DNA from: Pseudomonadota bacterium
Lineage (GTDB): Bacteria > Myxococcota_A > UBA796 > GCA-2862545
NCBI GenBank assembly: GCA_947490265.1
Contig: CANLGQ010000001.1
Span: 1-63,617 of the forward strand
Direction: 5' to 3'
Length of the DNA stretch: 63,617 bases
The translations under genes were made by a program, and so were the position numbers. Under the pieces are notes generated by a model, which had not been told where the DNA came from, did not search any database, and worked only from the letters and a program-made list of their open reading frames with translations. Each line of letters starts with the position of its first letter. The first letter of the stretch is position 1. Of this stretch, positions 48,336 through 56,991 are shown one piece after another.

Positions 48336-48773
48336 ATGCGTACGCTTGCTTTCGCCGTGTTGATCGGGGCGCCGTCCATGGCGCTCGCCTGTGATGGGAA
48401 CAAGAGCCAGACAGCGGCTTCGACCGCCACTCCCGGGGCAACCACCGCGGCAGTGGATCCAGCGCATTGCGCGAAGAACGCCGGCCTCGTCGGCTCGAAT
48501 TGTAGCTTTTCCACGGGGATGATGGCCCAGCGTGTGCTCGACGAGGGCGCGGTGTACACGTTCACCGGCATGCTGACCGCTTCGGCGAACCAGCTGGCCT
48601 CTCACGTCGCAGCGCCATGGACGATCGGACCCGAGGGCGGCGTGCATGTGGTGGCCAACGAGGTGGTGGAGCCGCTCCAGGCCGCGGGTCGGGTGGCGCT
48701 CGAGGGGCGGGTGCTCGAAGTCGACGGCATCCGCTATTTCGTGGTGACGAAGGCGAGCATTCTCAACTCCTAG
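48336..48773 (+). CDS. hypothetical secreted protein
   Basis: ATG 48336 (MRTLAFAVLIGAPSMALAC signal/lipobox-like). 145 aa. Confidence 0.55.
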   Translation: MRTLAFAVLIGAPSMALACDGNKSQTAASTATPGATTAAVDPAHCAKNAGLVGSNCSFSTGMMAQRVLDEGAVYTFTGMLTASANQLASHVAAPWTIGPEGGVHVVANEVVEPLQAAGRVALEGRVLEVDGIRYFVVTKASILNS

Positions 48774-48820
48774 GCGGCGTTGGGGAGGGTCCGGGCCCCC
48801 CGGGCGAAGGGCCTGTGCGG

Positions 48821-48834
48821 GGGCCACGTGGCCC
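48821..48834. promoter_or_regulatory. perfect 14-nt palindrome GGGCCACGTGGCCC upstream of the IPT/TIG gene
   Basis: It is self-complementary with a CACGTG core. It lies in the 133-nt intergenic region, 73 nt upstream of ATG 48907. A function as an operator is speculative. Confidence 0.2.
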
Positions 48835-48906
48835 GGCCTGGAAGGCGTGTCGGCTGGAACCGGACGATTCCGGTCGCCGGGGTAAGCTGCGCGCCGAGGA
48901 CACCCC

Positions 48907-51381
48907 ATGCCCCGCATCGGATCCCTGCTCGCGCTGCTCGCGGGCTGCGCGGAGAGTCTTCTTTCGCCTAGCCCGTCGCTGAGTGGCCTGGAGCCCGGGC
49001 TCGTGTGCGTGGAGCAACTCGACACCGAGGTGGTGGTCACCGGAGACGGTCTGACCCCGCTTCCCAGCGACCTCATCGAGCAGCCCGCCGCGTTGATCCT
49101 GCCCGAGCTGTCCCTGACCCTCGTGGCGCAGATCGACGGTGCAGACGGCGCGGGGAGCCCGGTCGCCCTGGATGTGACCTGGAGCGACGCCCAGACGATG
49201 GGTTTCCGCGTCACGCCATCGCTCTCGCTGGCGCCCGGGGTCTACGACCTGACCGCGAACAACGCGGGCGGTGGGTCGGCCAGCCTTCCAGCCAGCCTGG
49301 CGGGGGTGCCCGCGCCCACTGCCGCCACCCTCACCCCGGATCGAATGTGCCTCGCCCAGGGCGACCGGCCGATCGCGATCGAGGGCACCGGCTTCCTCGA
49401 CGTGGGCGGCGCGCTCCCGGTGCTGACCGTCGGTTCGCTGTCTCTCCCCGCGGACAGCCTCGACGGCTGCACGCCTTTGGCCGGGCCGGTGACCGGGAGC
49501 CGCTGCGACGGGCTCACCGCCACGCTTCCCCAGGACGCGCTGCCGCAGGGGGAGCACGGCGTGCTGGTCACCAACCCCGAGACCGCGGCGTGTTCCACCG
49601 AGGCTGACCTCTCGATTGCGGTCTTCGATGCCCCCGTCCTCACTTCGATCGAGTCACCGCTGGTGTGTTCCGACGCCGCGAACACCCTGGTGCTCACCGG
49701 CACCGGCTTCCTCGTTGTGGACGGGGTCAACCCGACGATCACCATCGGCGACACGCTGACTCGTCCCGCGGATCGGGCCGTCGCCTGCGGGCCCGAGGAG
49801 CGCGGCGTGGCCACGTGCACCGCGCTCGAGATCGAGGTGACGGCCGGCGAGCTGCCGCTCGGCCTGTTGCCGGTGGTCGTGAGCAACCCCGACCCGGTCG
49901 GGTGCAGCAGCGAGGAGGCGGTCGCCCTCGAGGTGGTCGGCCCGCCAGTGATCGCGACGTTGACCCCGCCGTCGAGCTGCACCTTCGCTGCGGATGTCGC
50001 CCTCGTCATCGACGGAAGCGGGTTTCTCGAGGTTGGGGGTGTACTTCCGACGGTGACCCTCGATGGCACCGCGTACTCGCCGACGATCGCCTTGTGCACC
50101 CCCTTGGTCGGCAGCCTCGCCGGCTCGGTGTGCGACCAGCTCACGATCCTCGTCCCGGGGGGGACCTATCCGAACCCGGACGTCCTCGACCTCGTCGTCA
50201 CGAATCCGCCGCCCGCGGACTGCGGCTCGGCGACCACCCCCTGGGAGGTCGCGCTTCCGCCCACGATCACCGACGTCGAGCCCGACGCGAGCTGCGACGA
50301 CGGCGAGACGATCACGGTGTACGGGTCGAACTTCAGCGCCGGGAGCCAGGTGCTGGTCGGCGGCCTCGACACGACCGAGACGTTCGTCTCCGATACCGAG
50401 CTCCAGGCCACCCTTCCGTACGGCATCGGCGCCGGGGTGTACGACGTCACGGTGACCACCGGCTCCGGTTGCGACGCGACCTTGCCGGGTGGTCTCACGC
50501 TCGTCGGCGTTCCCTATGTGTTCTTCGTCGATCCGTCGGTGGTGTACAACGCAGTGCCGATCCGCGCGACGGTGTACGCCTCGGGGATCAACGGCGATGT
50601 CGCGGACGCGTGGTTGGAGGAGGCGTCCACCGGCCTCCTTGTTCCGCTTCCCTTCGAGTACAACCCGCTCGATCCGGGCGTCGTGCTGGTCGACATCCCG
50701 GAAGGTCTGCCAGAGGGCAGCTATCACCTGCATTTGACCGATGGATACGGTTGCGATCCGTTCCTGCTCGATGCCCTGTTCGTCGAGGCCGACCTCACGC
50801 TCGCGATTGATGCCATCGAGCCGACGTTCGGATGGACGCTCGACACCACCTCCACCCGAATCACCGCCGCGGCCGGGGGACTCCTCGACATCCCGCGGGT
50901 GTACCTGTCGCCGGTCTCCCAGGGCCCAGGGGCGTTCGCGAGCGAACTCCGTGGGGTTTCCCTGGCGGATCCGACCGCGATCGACGCGGTGGTGCCGAGC
51001 GGGCTCCCGCTCGGGTTCTACGACGTGCTCGTGATCAACCCCGATGGCCAGATCGGCGCCTTGCTCGCTGGGTTCGAGGTGGTCGCGAACCAGCCGCCGC
51101 TCGTCGACGCGATCTCGCCCGGAAGCCTGCCGAACGACGGGGTCTACCCCATCTTCATCCAAGGCGAGGGCTTCCTGGGCAGCGGGGTCGGGCCCCCAAC
51201 TGTGGTCGCGGATTGCGTCGATCCGTCCAACGGGAACAGCGAGCAGGTGGTCGCGGTGGTGAGGAGCTGGACCGCGACCTCGATCGACGCGGACTTCGAC
51301 GCAAACCTCGGCATCGGAAACGGGATCTGCGTGTTCACCGTCACCAACGACGACGGGACCTTCGGGACCTACTCCGCGTAG
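48907..51381 (+). CDS. IPT/TIG repeat (about 8 copies) lipoprotein
   Basis: Lipobox ALLAGC. Repeated units of about 90 aa begin P(P/S)xxxxL/I.P and carry G.GF motifs (VVTGDGL, IEGTGFLDVGG, LTGTGFLVVDG, IDGSGFLEVGG, VYGSNFSAGS, IQGEGFLGSG). Confidence 0.8.
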   Translation: MPRIGSLLALLAGCAESLLSPSPSLSGLEPGLVCVEQLDTEVVVTGDGLTPLPSDLIEQPAALILPELSLTLVAQIDGADGAGSPVALDVTWSDAQTMGFRVTPSLSLAPGVYDLTANNAGGGSASLPASLAGVPAPTAATLTPDRMCLAQGDRPIAIEGTGFLDVGGALPVLTVGSLSLPADSLDGCTPLAGPVTGSRCDGLTATLPQDALPQGEHGVLVTNPETAACSTEADLSIAVFDAPVLTSIESPLVCSDAANTLVLTGTGFLVVDGVNPTITIGDTLTRPADRAVACGPEERGVATCTALEIEVTAGELPLGLLPVVVSNPDPVGCSSEEAVALEVVGPPVIATLTPPSSCTFAADVALVIDGSGFLEVGGVLPTVTLDGTAYSPTIALCTPLVGSLAGSVCDQLTILVPGGTYPNPDVLDLVVTNPPPADCGSATTPWEVALPPTITDVEPDASCDDGETITVYGSNFSAGSQVLVGGLDTTETFVSDTELQATLPYGIGAGVYDVTVTTGSGCDATLPGGLTLVGVPYVFFVDPSVVYNAVPIRATVYASGINGDVADAWLEEASTGLLVPLPFEYNPLDPGVVLVDIPEGLPEGSYHLHLTDGYGCDPFLLDALFVEADLTLAIDAIEPTFGWTLDTTSTRITAAAGGLLDIPRVYLSPVSQGPGAFASELRGVSLADPTAIDAVVPSGLPLGFYDVLVINPDGQIGALLAGFEVVANQPPLVDAISPGSLPNDGVYPIFIQGEGFLGSGVGPPTVVADCVDPSNGNSEQVVAVVRSWTATSIDADFDANLGIGNGICVFTVTNDDGTFGTYSA

Positions 51382-51384
51382 TCG

Positions 51385-52794
51385 GTGACGAATCCGTCGC
51401 AGAACCTCTACTCGTGGCGGGCGGCCAGCGATCTCGGGGTGCCCCGTCGGGCGCTGGCGGCGGTCGCCGGCCGGGTGACCTCGACCCAGCGCTACCTCTA
51501 CGCGATCGGGGGCGACGACGGTGCCGGGACGACCTGGAGCGACATCGAGGCTGCCCAGGTGGATCCCTACGGCGTGCTGGGCGCGTGGAGTCCGCTCCCG
51601 ACGCCGCTGCCCGGTCCGCGTGCGTTCGCAGGCTCGGCGCTGGTCGGTCGCTACCTCTACCTGGTGGGGGGTACCGACGGCACCTCGGCGCAGTCATCGA
51701 CCTGGCGGGCCCAGATCCTCGATCCCCTCGAAGCCCCGGAGTTCACGAGCCAGCTCACGTTCTCGCTCGGGACCGGCGTGGAACTCCCGGTGGGGACCTA
51801 CGTCTACCGGGTGTCCGCGCTATTCGACGCGGCAGACGACGAGAATCCGGGAGGGGAGTCCCTGGCCAGCGACCCCTTTGTGGTGCGCGTCCCGGACGTG
51901 CCTGAGCACATCGCCCTCTCCCTCACCTGGTTGCCGGTGCCTGGGGCCAGCGGCTACCGGCTCTACCGCTCGTCCACGGGGAGTGGGAACGAGGAGTGGC
52001 TGCTCGAGACCGCTTCGACGACCGCCACCGACTTTGGCTTCGCGACCGATGCGACGATCGTGCCGCTTCCCCCGGGATCGGTCGGGCAGTGGAAGCCGCT
52101 CGGGGCGATGAACCGCGCGCGCGAGGGGGCGTGCGTGGCGGTCGCTCCGGATCCGTCCGTCCCGAATCGGCACTGGCTGATGGCGGCTGGCGGGCGCGAC
52201 GAGGGGGGGATCGTTCAGTCGGACATCGAACTCCTGTCGATCGACGTGGTAGACGAGCACGATCACGACGCCGGGTCGTGGTTCACTTCGGCTGAGAGCC
52301 TGAGATCGCCGCGCTGGCAGTGCGGGGCCTACGTCGCGAACGTCACGCTGCATAGCAAGGTGCTTCCGAGCGACACCTGGGTGTACTTCGGCACCGGTCT
52401 CGGCCAGACGGGAAACATCGACGGGCTGGTCGACGTCGGCCTCGTTGGGTCGTTGGACTTCGACGCGATGTACGCCGTCTCCGGAATGCGCAATCGCGCC
52501 GGCTATGTGGTTGCCTCGGCAAACAATTTCCTCTATTCGCTGGGGGGCGGCAGCGCGTCGCCAGACGGGGCCGGCGAGTCCGCCGAGCTGTGCGGGGTCG
52601 GGGATCCGGGCTGCAACAATGGTGCGGTGCCGAATCCGCCCGAGCTCGGAAACTGGAATTCGCTCGGCGGCGGCACCCTGCTGGTCGAGCGCTACCTGGC
52701 CGGGTCGGCACAGGAGAGCTCGGTGATCTTCGCGGTCGGCGGCGAGACGTCCGCGGATCCAGCCAGCACGTCCGTCGAGTATACGAACTACTAG
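51385..52794 (+). CDS. Kelch-repeat beta-propeller protein with inserted Fn3-like domain (no signal peptide of its own)
   Basis: YLYAIGGDDG, RYLYLVGGTDG, HWLMAAGGRDEGG, NFLYSLGGG and SVIFAVGGE are Kelch blade motifs. LTWLPVPGASGYRLYRS is Fn3-like. It is in the same frame as the upstream gene, separated only by TAG plus one codon. The GTG start has no evident SD. Confidence 0.7.
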   Translation: MTNPSQNLYSWRAASDLGVPRRALAAVAGRVTSTQRYLYAIGGDDGAGTTWSDIEAAQVDPYGVLGAWSPLPTPLPGPRAFAGSALVGRYLYLVGGTDGTSAQSSTWRAQILDPLEAPEFTSQLTFSLGTGVELPVGTYVYRVSALFDAADDENPGGESLASDPFVVRVPDVPEHIALSLTWLPVPGASGYRLYRSSTGSGNEEWLLETASTTATDFGFATDATIVPLPPGSVGQWKPLGAMNRAREGACVAVAPDPSVPNRHWLMAAGGRDEGGIVQSDIELLSIDVVDEHDHDAGSWFTSAESLRSPRWQCGAYVANVTLHSKVLPSDTWVYFGTGLGQTGNIDGLVDVGLVGSLDFDAMYAVSGMRNRAGYVVASANNFLYSLGGGSASPDGAGESAELCGVGDPGCNNGAVPNPPELGNWNSLGGGTLLVERYLAGSAQESSVIFAVGGETSADPASTSVEYTNY

Positions 52795-52803
52795 GGGCCA
52801 CCG

Positions 52804-53676
52804 ATGTACCTGCTCGTTCTGGGACTGCTGCTGGCCGGGTCCGCTTTCGCCGAAGAGCCGCCGAAGCCACCTCCGGAGGTCGAAGCGGGCTCGGTGCAGC
52901 AGGTGTACGTGGTGAAAGAGGGCGACACCCTCCGGTCGATCGCCGACACCAACGCGTTCCTCGTGGAGGACCTCGCTCGCTGGAACGGTTTGAAAGACGC
53001 CGATAAGATCGAGGTCGGTCAGCAGCTGGTGATGTGGGTGGCGCCGCGAGAGATCGCGGTCGTTGCGCCGCCGCCGCCCCCAGCGCCGTCGCCGGTTCCG
53101 GTGGTCGAGCCGGTGCCCGAGAAGCCCCGCGGGGACGGTGCGCGCGGGTTCGTCGGGGTGCAGCTCGGGCCGACGATCGCGCTGAACCCGTTGTCCCCCG
53201 CTTTCCTCCCTCGGTTGGAGGCCGGACTCGAGCTTCCCTCCTGGGATCGGCGACTGCGCCTGTTCGTCGCGGGGACGTGGTCGCGACCCATCGAGGAGGG
53301 CAGCGGCGACGACGCTCGGGTGCCGGGCGAGACCTGGAACTACCGGCTGGAGCAGACCGAGATCACGGTGGTGGGGGGCGCAACGGTGCGGGCGACCGGC
53401 CTCGGGAAGGTGGTTCCCGAGTTTTCGGTGGGTCCGGGCGTGTGGTTGCACCGCTCGGTGGTCGACGGCGACGCGGGTGGGGCGGCCTTCGGGGAGAGCA
53501 CCGAGTCGTACGCGACGGTCGGGATCTACGCCTCGGCCGGCGTCGCCCTGGAGACGGGCCCGGGAGAGCTGAATTTCCAGCTCGCGTTCGCCACGGCTGG
53601 CTTTGGCGGGGTGGTTACGGGCGAGGCGGCGGCCGCGGCCCTGACCCCGTTGGTCGGCTATCGGTTGGTCTTCTAG
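52804..53676 (+). CDS. LysM domain-containing outer-membrane beta-barrel protein
   Basis: Signal peptide MYLLVLGLLLAGSAFA. LysM (YVVKEGDTLRSIADTNAFLVEDLARWNGLKDADKIEVGQQLVMW). Pro-rich linker. Alternating-hydrophobic C-terminal half ending ...LVGYRLVF (OMP terminal aromatic). Confidence 0.8.
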   Translation: MYLLVLGLLLAGSAFAEEPPKPPPEVEAGSVQQVYVVKEGDTLRSIADTNAFLVEDLARWNGLKDADKIEVGQQLVMWVAPREIAVVAPPPPPAPSPVPVVEPVPEKPRGDGARGFVGVQLGPTIALNPLSPAFLPRLEAGLELPSWDRRLRLFVAGTWSRPIEEGSGDDARVPGETWNYRLEQTEITVVGGATVRATGLGKVVPEFSVGPGVWLHRSVVDGDAGGAAFGESTESYATVGIYASAGVALETGPGELNFQLAFATAGFGGVVTGEAAAAALTPLVGYRLVF

Positions 53677-53681
53677 CCGGC

Positions 53682-54968
53682 TTAGATCTGGATGAGGAAG
53701 ACCAGGTGCGCGAGCGTGCGCACCCCTTGACGGTCGAGTTGCTCCTCGATGCCGACCAGCAGGGTGCTGTTGTGTTCGATGGCCCGGACGAATCGGTAGA
53801 AAAGCGCGACGATCAGCAACCGGAAACGGTCCGGGTCGCTCGCTGCAGCCGGAAAATCCGGATGACCGAGGAGGAAGAGGCGCAGGAGCGCAGCCCGGAT
53901 CAGCAGACGGCGGCCGTGAATGAACAGGTCTGGCGAGGAGAGGTACCACTCCTTGAACCAGTAATTTTGCGCATAGTTCGTCAAGGCGCGGTCGAGCAGG
54001 GCCGTCGTTTCGGGCGTCAGGAGGGCCACCCGTTCCCGGTGTCGTGCGTAAAAGGAGGGGACGTCGAGGTGGATGGTCGTCGGAGGGGCATCGTGCCTGC
54101 CCATGCAGACCTCGACGATCCATGTGTGAAGCTGGGTGCCGGCCACCGAGGGCAGGAGCGGGACCAGCAGCTCGAGGAGCACCCGCGCGGCCACGGGTGC
54201 GTCCGGCGCCTCCGCAGTGAGCTGGTCGTACATCTCGGCGAGCGCTTGGAACCGGCCCGGTTGCGACCACCCTTCGAGTTCGTGGTTCAACTGCGCGATT
54301 GCGTCCGGGTGGGCCTCCTGGTGGAAGGTGGCGCGCGTTCGTTCACCTAGGTAGAGCGTGAGAAACTGTCGGTTGGGGAAGGGCAGGTCGGTCAGACGGA
54401 GGAGGCCGAGCATGACCTCGCGCACCAGGTCGAGCGCCGCGACGTAGGGGTCGGGCTCGTCGCGGCGTGCGACCTGCAACTCGAGGGTGCGACCGGCGCG
54501 GGAGGGCTCCAACTCCTCGAGGACCATGCTGTCCTCCGCAAGCAGCAAAAGCCTGGCTACTTCGGGGCACGATGCGGTGGCCGTCGTCTCCAGGACGTCG
54601 CCGAAGCGGGCGCTCGAGCGGGGAAAGATGGCGCACGTGTTGCAGAGGATTTGCGACCCGTATGCCTTTTGCAGCGAACACAGGCGCTGCGGGTCGAGGA
54701 AGACACAGCTTCCGTCCTCCTGTTTGGCGATGCGCGCGAAGGCCAGGTCCGTTACGTCCTCGGCAGGGAGCCGGACTACCGCGGCCTCGAATCGTTGGCG
54801 CCCACCGGGCGAGCGCTGGAGCGCGTTGCGGGTGGTCTGATAGTGAGCTTTGTCCATCGTTACGCCCCAGCCGGAGCAACAATGGGCCTCGCACGCACTT
54901 CCGATGCACGAGAACCGTTCGAGGAAGCGGGGTTGAACGAGTTTGCTGACGGGAATGGTGCGCTCCAG
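53682..54968 (-). CDS. FliB-family (flagellin lysine-N-methylase-like) cysteine-cluster protein
   Basis: PRFLERFSCIGSACEAHCCSGWGVTMDKAHY and DGSCVFLDPQRLCSLQKAYGSQILCNTCAIFPR match the YkgJ/FliB CxxxxCxxxCC pattern. The 5-prime end is uncertain. Only CTG 54968 or ATT 54956 lie between the upstream stop and the Cys cluster. Confidence 0.7.
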   Translation of the reverse strand: MERTIPVSKLVQPRFLERFSCIGSACEAHCCSGWGVTMDKAHYQTTRNALQRSPGGRQRFEAAVVRLPAEDVTDLAFARIAKQEDGSCVFLDPQRLCSLQKAYGSQILCNTCAIFPRSSARFGDVLETTATASCPEVARLLLLAEDSMVLEELEPSRAGRTLELQVARRDEPDPYVAALDLVREVMLGLLRLTDLPFPNRQFLTLYLGERTRATFHQEAHPDAIAQLNHELEGWSQPGRFQALAEMYDQLTAEAPDAPVAARVLLELLVPLLPSVAGTQLHTWIVEVCMGRHDAPPTTIHLDVPSFYARHRERVALLTPETTALLDRALTNYAQNYWFKEWYLSSPDLFIHGRRLLIRAALLRLFLLGHPDFPAAASDPDRFRLLIVALFYRFVRAIEHNSTLLVGIEEQLDRQGVRTLAHLVFLIQI

Positions 54969-54979
54969 AGAGTGAGAGG

Positions 54980-55570
54980 CTAGTCGAGGGGTCCTTTGAA
55001 CGCGCGGACCGACCCGCCCACCAGCGGCGCTTCCGGGGAGCCCTTGCGTTCGGCGGCCTTGCCGGTCTCCACCACCAGGGTGTGAACGGGCTTCTTCTTC
55101 GCCACTTCCTTTGCGGCTTTCGCGGCAGGCCGCGCCCGCGGGAGCCCGAGGCCCGTCACCAGGAGCTCCTCCAGGCCAGCCTCGAGCGAGCGCCGGACCG
55201 GCTCGGGGTCCCCGGGCCAGAGGGCAGCCCAGGTCCCGTCGGGTTCCCGACTGAGGAACACGCCCTCCGCCGCGCCGGAGATGTGGATCCGATCCGAGTC
55301 GTTGGCCACGAAGCTCAAGCGACGACCCTCCCGCTCGAACCGGAGCGCGTTCGGGGTGCGGGTCCGTCGGACCTCGAGGAGGCCGAGCGCCTTCCCGAAG
55401 CCCTCGAGATCGGTCAGCAGGGCGTCCCGCGCCGCGCCCGCCTCCGCCTCCATGCGCGCGCGCTCGGCTTCGAGCCGCGCGGCGGCCTCCATCTCCAGGC
55501 GCTTCACTCGCGCTTCGTCCTCGACAGCCGCCCGCATCCGACTTGCGAGATCGCTCAGGCGATCCTTCAT
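54980..55570 (-). CDS. hypothetical coiled-coil protein
   Basis: 196 aa. The N-terminal 50 aa are heptad-like (RMRAAVEDEARVKRLEMEAAARLEAERARMEAEAGAARD). Lys-rich tail. Divergent from the kinase gene. Confidence 0.55.
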   Translation of the reverse strand: MKDRLSDLASRMRAAVEDEARVKRLEMEAAARLEAERARMEAEAGAARDALLTDLEGFGKALGLLEVRRTRTPNALRFEREGRRLSFVANDSDRIHISGAAEGVFLSREPDGTWAALWPGDPEPVRRSLEAGLEELLVTGLGLPRARPAAKAAKEVAKKKPVHTLVVETGKAAERKGSPEAPLVGGSVRAFKGPLD

Positions 55571-55638
55571 CGATTCCTCCCAACAACCTCAGTCTATCAG
55601 ACGGGTCCGATCGACCCTACACTGCGCTCGGGAGCGAG

Positions 55639-56934
55639 ATGGGCGGGCTGTACCAACTTGAGGCAGTGATCGGGGTCGGCTCCTTCGCGACGGTGTGTCT
55701 CGCGAAGCGCCTCTCCGATGGGGGACGCGTGGCGCTCAAGGTGCTGCGCGCCGACCTGATCAACGACGCGTCCTTGCTGGCGCGGATGAACGACGAGGCG
55801 AGCGTGCTGTCCACGCTCGATCTCCCCGGCATCGTTCGGGTCTATGCGCTGCATGACTACGGTGGCCGGCGCGTGCTGGAGATGGAGGCCGTCGATGGTA
55901 TGTCGCTCGGCGCCCTCCAGCGCCACACCCGCAAGTCGGTCCCGTCGCCTGAGGCGCTGGAGATCACCCGACAGGTCGCGAACGCGCTGCACGGTGCCTA
56001 CCACGCCTTGTCCGGGCCGCGCGGCGAGCCCCTGCGGGTGGTGCATCGCGACGTGAAGCCCGACAACCTGCTGGTCGCGATGGACTCCGGCCGGGTGAAG
56101 CTCGTGGACTTCGGCCTTGCGAAAGCAGACCTTGCCGAGCGCGCAGCCCGAACGGTCGGGATCTTGTCGGGTTCGGCGGGCTTCGAGGCGCCCGAACAGC
56201 GGGTGGGGATCGCCTCGCCGGCCACCGATGTGTATGCGCTGGGCGTCAGCCTGTTCACGATCGTGTCGGATCGCACGCTCATGCTCGCTCGCGATCTCGA
56301 CAAGCGGACGGTGGAGCTGCAACGCCAGCTCTCCATGATCTTCCAGGATCTTCCGGAGGAAACGGCGGTCCGCAGTCGCCGACTCCTTGCAAGCATGGTG
56401 GACAGCGACCCGAAAGCGCGCCCCAGTGCTGCCCACGTATCGGCTGAGATATCCATGATTCTCGCCGAGGGCGGAATCGTCCCGAACCTCCCGAACTGGG
56501 CCCGCAGCCAGCCCCCCCCGAAGACGCAGCTGCCGGCTCGGGATCACATGGCGTGGGAGGATCTGGAGTTCCTCGAGGTCGAAGCCCCGACCGTCGCCAC
56601 CCGACGAACGGAGGCGGAGGCCAAGGCGGAGCTCGTGCGTCTGCTGGCGATCCCCGGTTGGCCCCGTCGATTGCCAGAGGTCGAGCGGGCGCTCCTGAGC
56701 TCGGCGGTGCGCGTCGAGGGGCCGTTGCTGGACGTCCTCGCGCGGGCACGGGTGCCGTGGTGGCGCTTCTGGGCGCGGCCCGCCGCCCCCGACGAGCTCG
56801 AGGCCGCGTTGTGGGTCCTCGCCGGGCGGCCGAGCAACGACGTGTTGCGATGGGCGAAGGAGCTCGCGGATCATCCTGTCTTGGGGGTTTCTCGCTGCGC
56901 CCGGCTGGTGTTGGAGCGCGCGGGAGCCGGCTGA
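55639..56934 (+). CDS. Hanks-type serine/threonine protein kinase
   Basis: ATG 55639. IGVGSFATV (Gly loop), VALKVL, HRDVKPDNLLV, DFGLAK, FEAPEQ. A C-terminal region of about 150 aa is of unknown function. Confidence 0.9.
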   Translation: MGGLYQLEAVIGVGSFATVCLAKRLSDGGRVALKVLRADLINDASLLARMNDEASVLSTLDLPGIVRVYALHDYGGRRVLEMEAVDGMSLGALQRHTRKSVPSPEALEITRQVANALHGAYHALSGPRGEPLRVVHRDVKPDNLLVAMDSGRVKLVDFGLAKADLAERAARTVGILSGSAGFEAPEQRVGIASPATDVYALGVSLFTIVSDRTLMLARDLDKRTVELQRQLSMIFQDLPEETAVRSRRLLASMVDSDPKARPSAAHVSAEISMILAEGGIVPNLPNWARSQPPPKTQLPARDHMAWEDLEFLEVEAPTVATRRTEAEAKAELVRLLAIPGWPRRLPEVERALLSSAVRVEGPLLDVLARARVPWWRFWARPAAPDELEAALWVLAGRPSNDVLRWAKELADHPVLGVSRCARLVLERAGAG

Positions 56935-56991
56935 TCGCCCGCGAAGCCACCCCGTTCGGGCCTCGCCACCGCCCGCGAATTAGTCGGAGCC

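Noticed and set aside
49654-54270. 502-aa and 816-aa minus-strand ORFs
   Set aside because: They are antisense to the IPT/TIG, Kelch and LysM genes. They have extreme Arg/Asp/Gly/His composition and no signal or motif.
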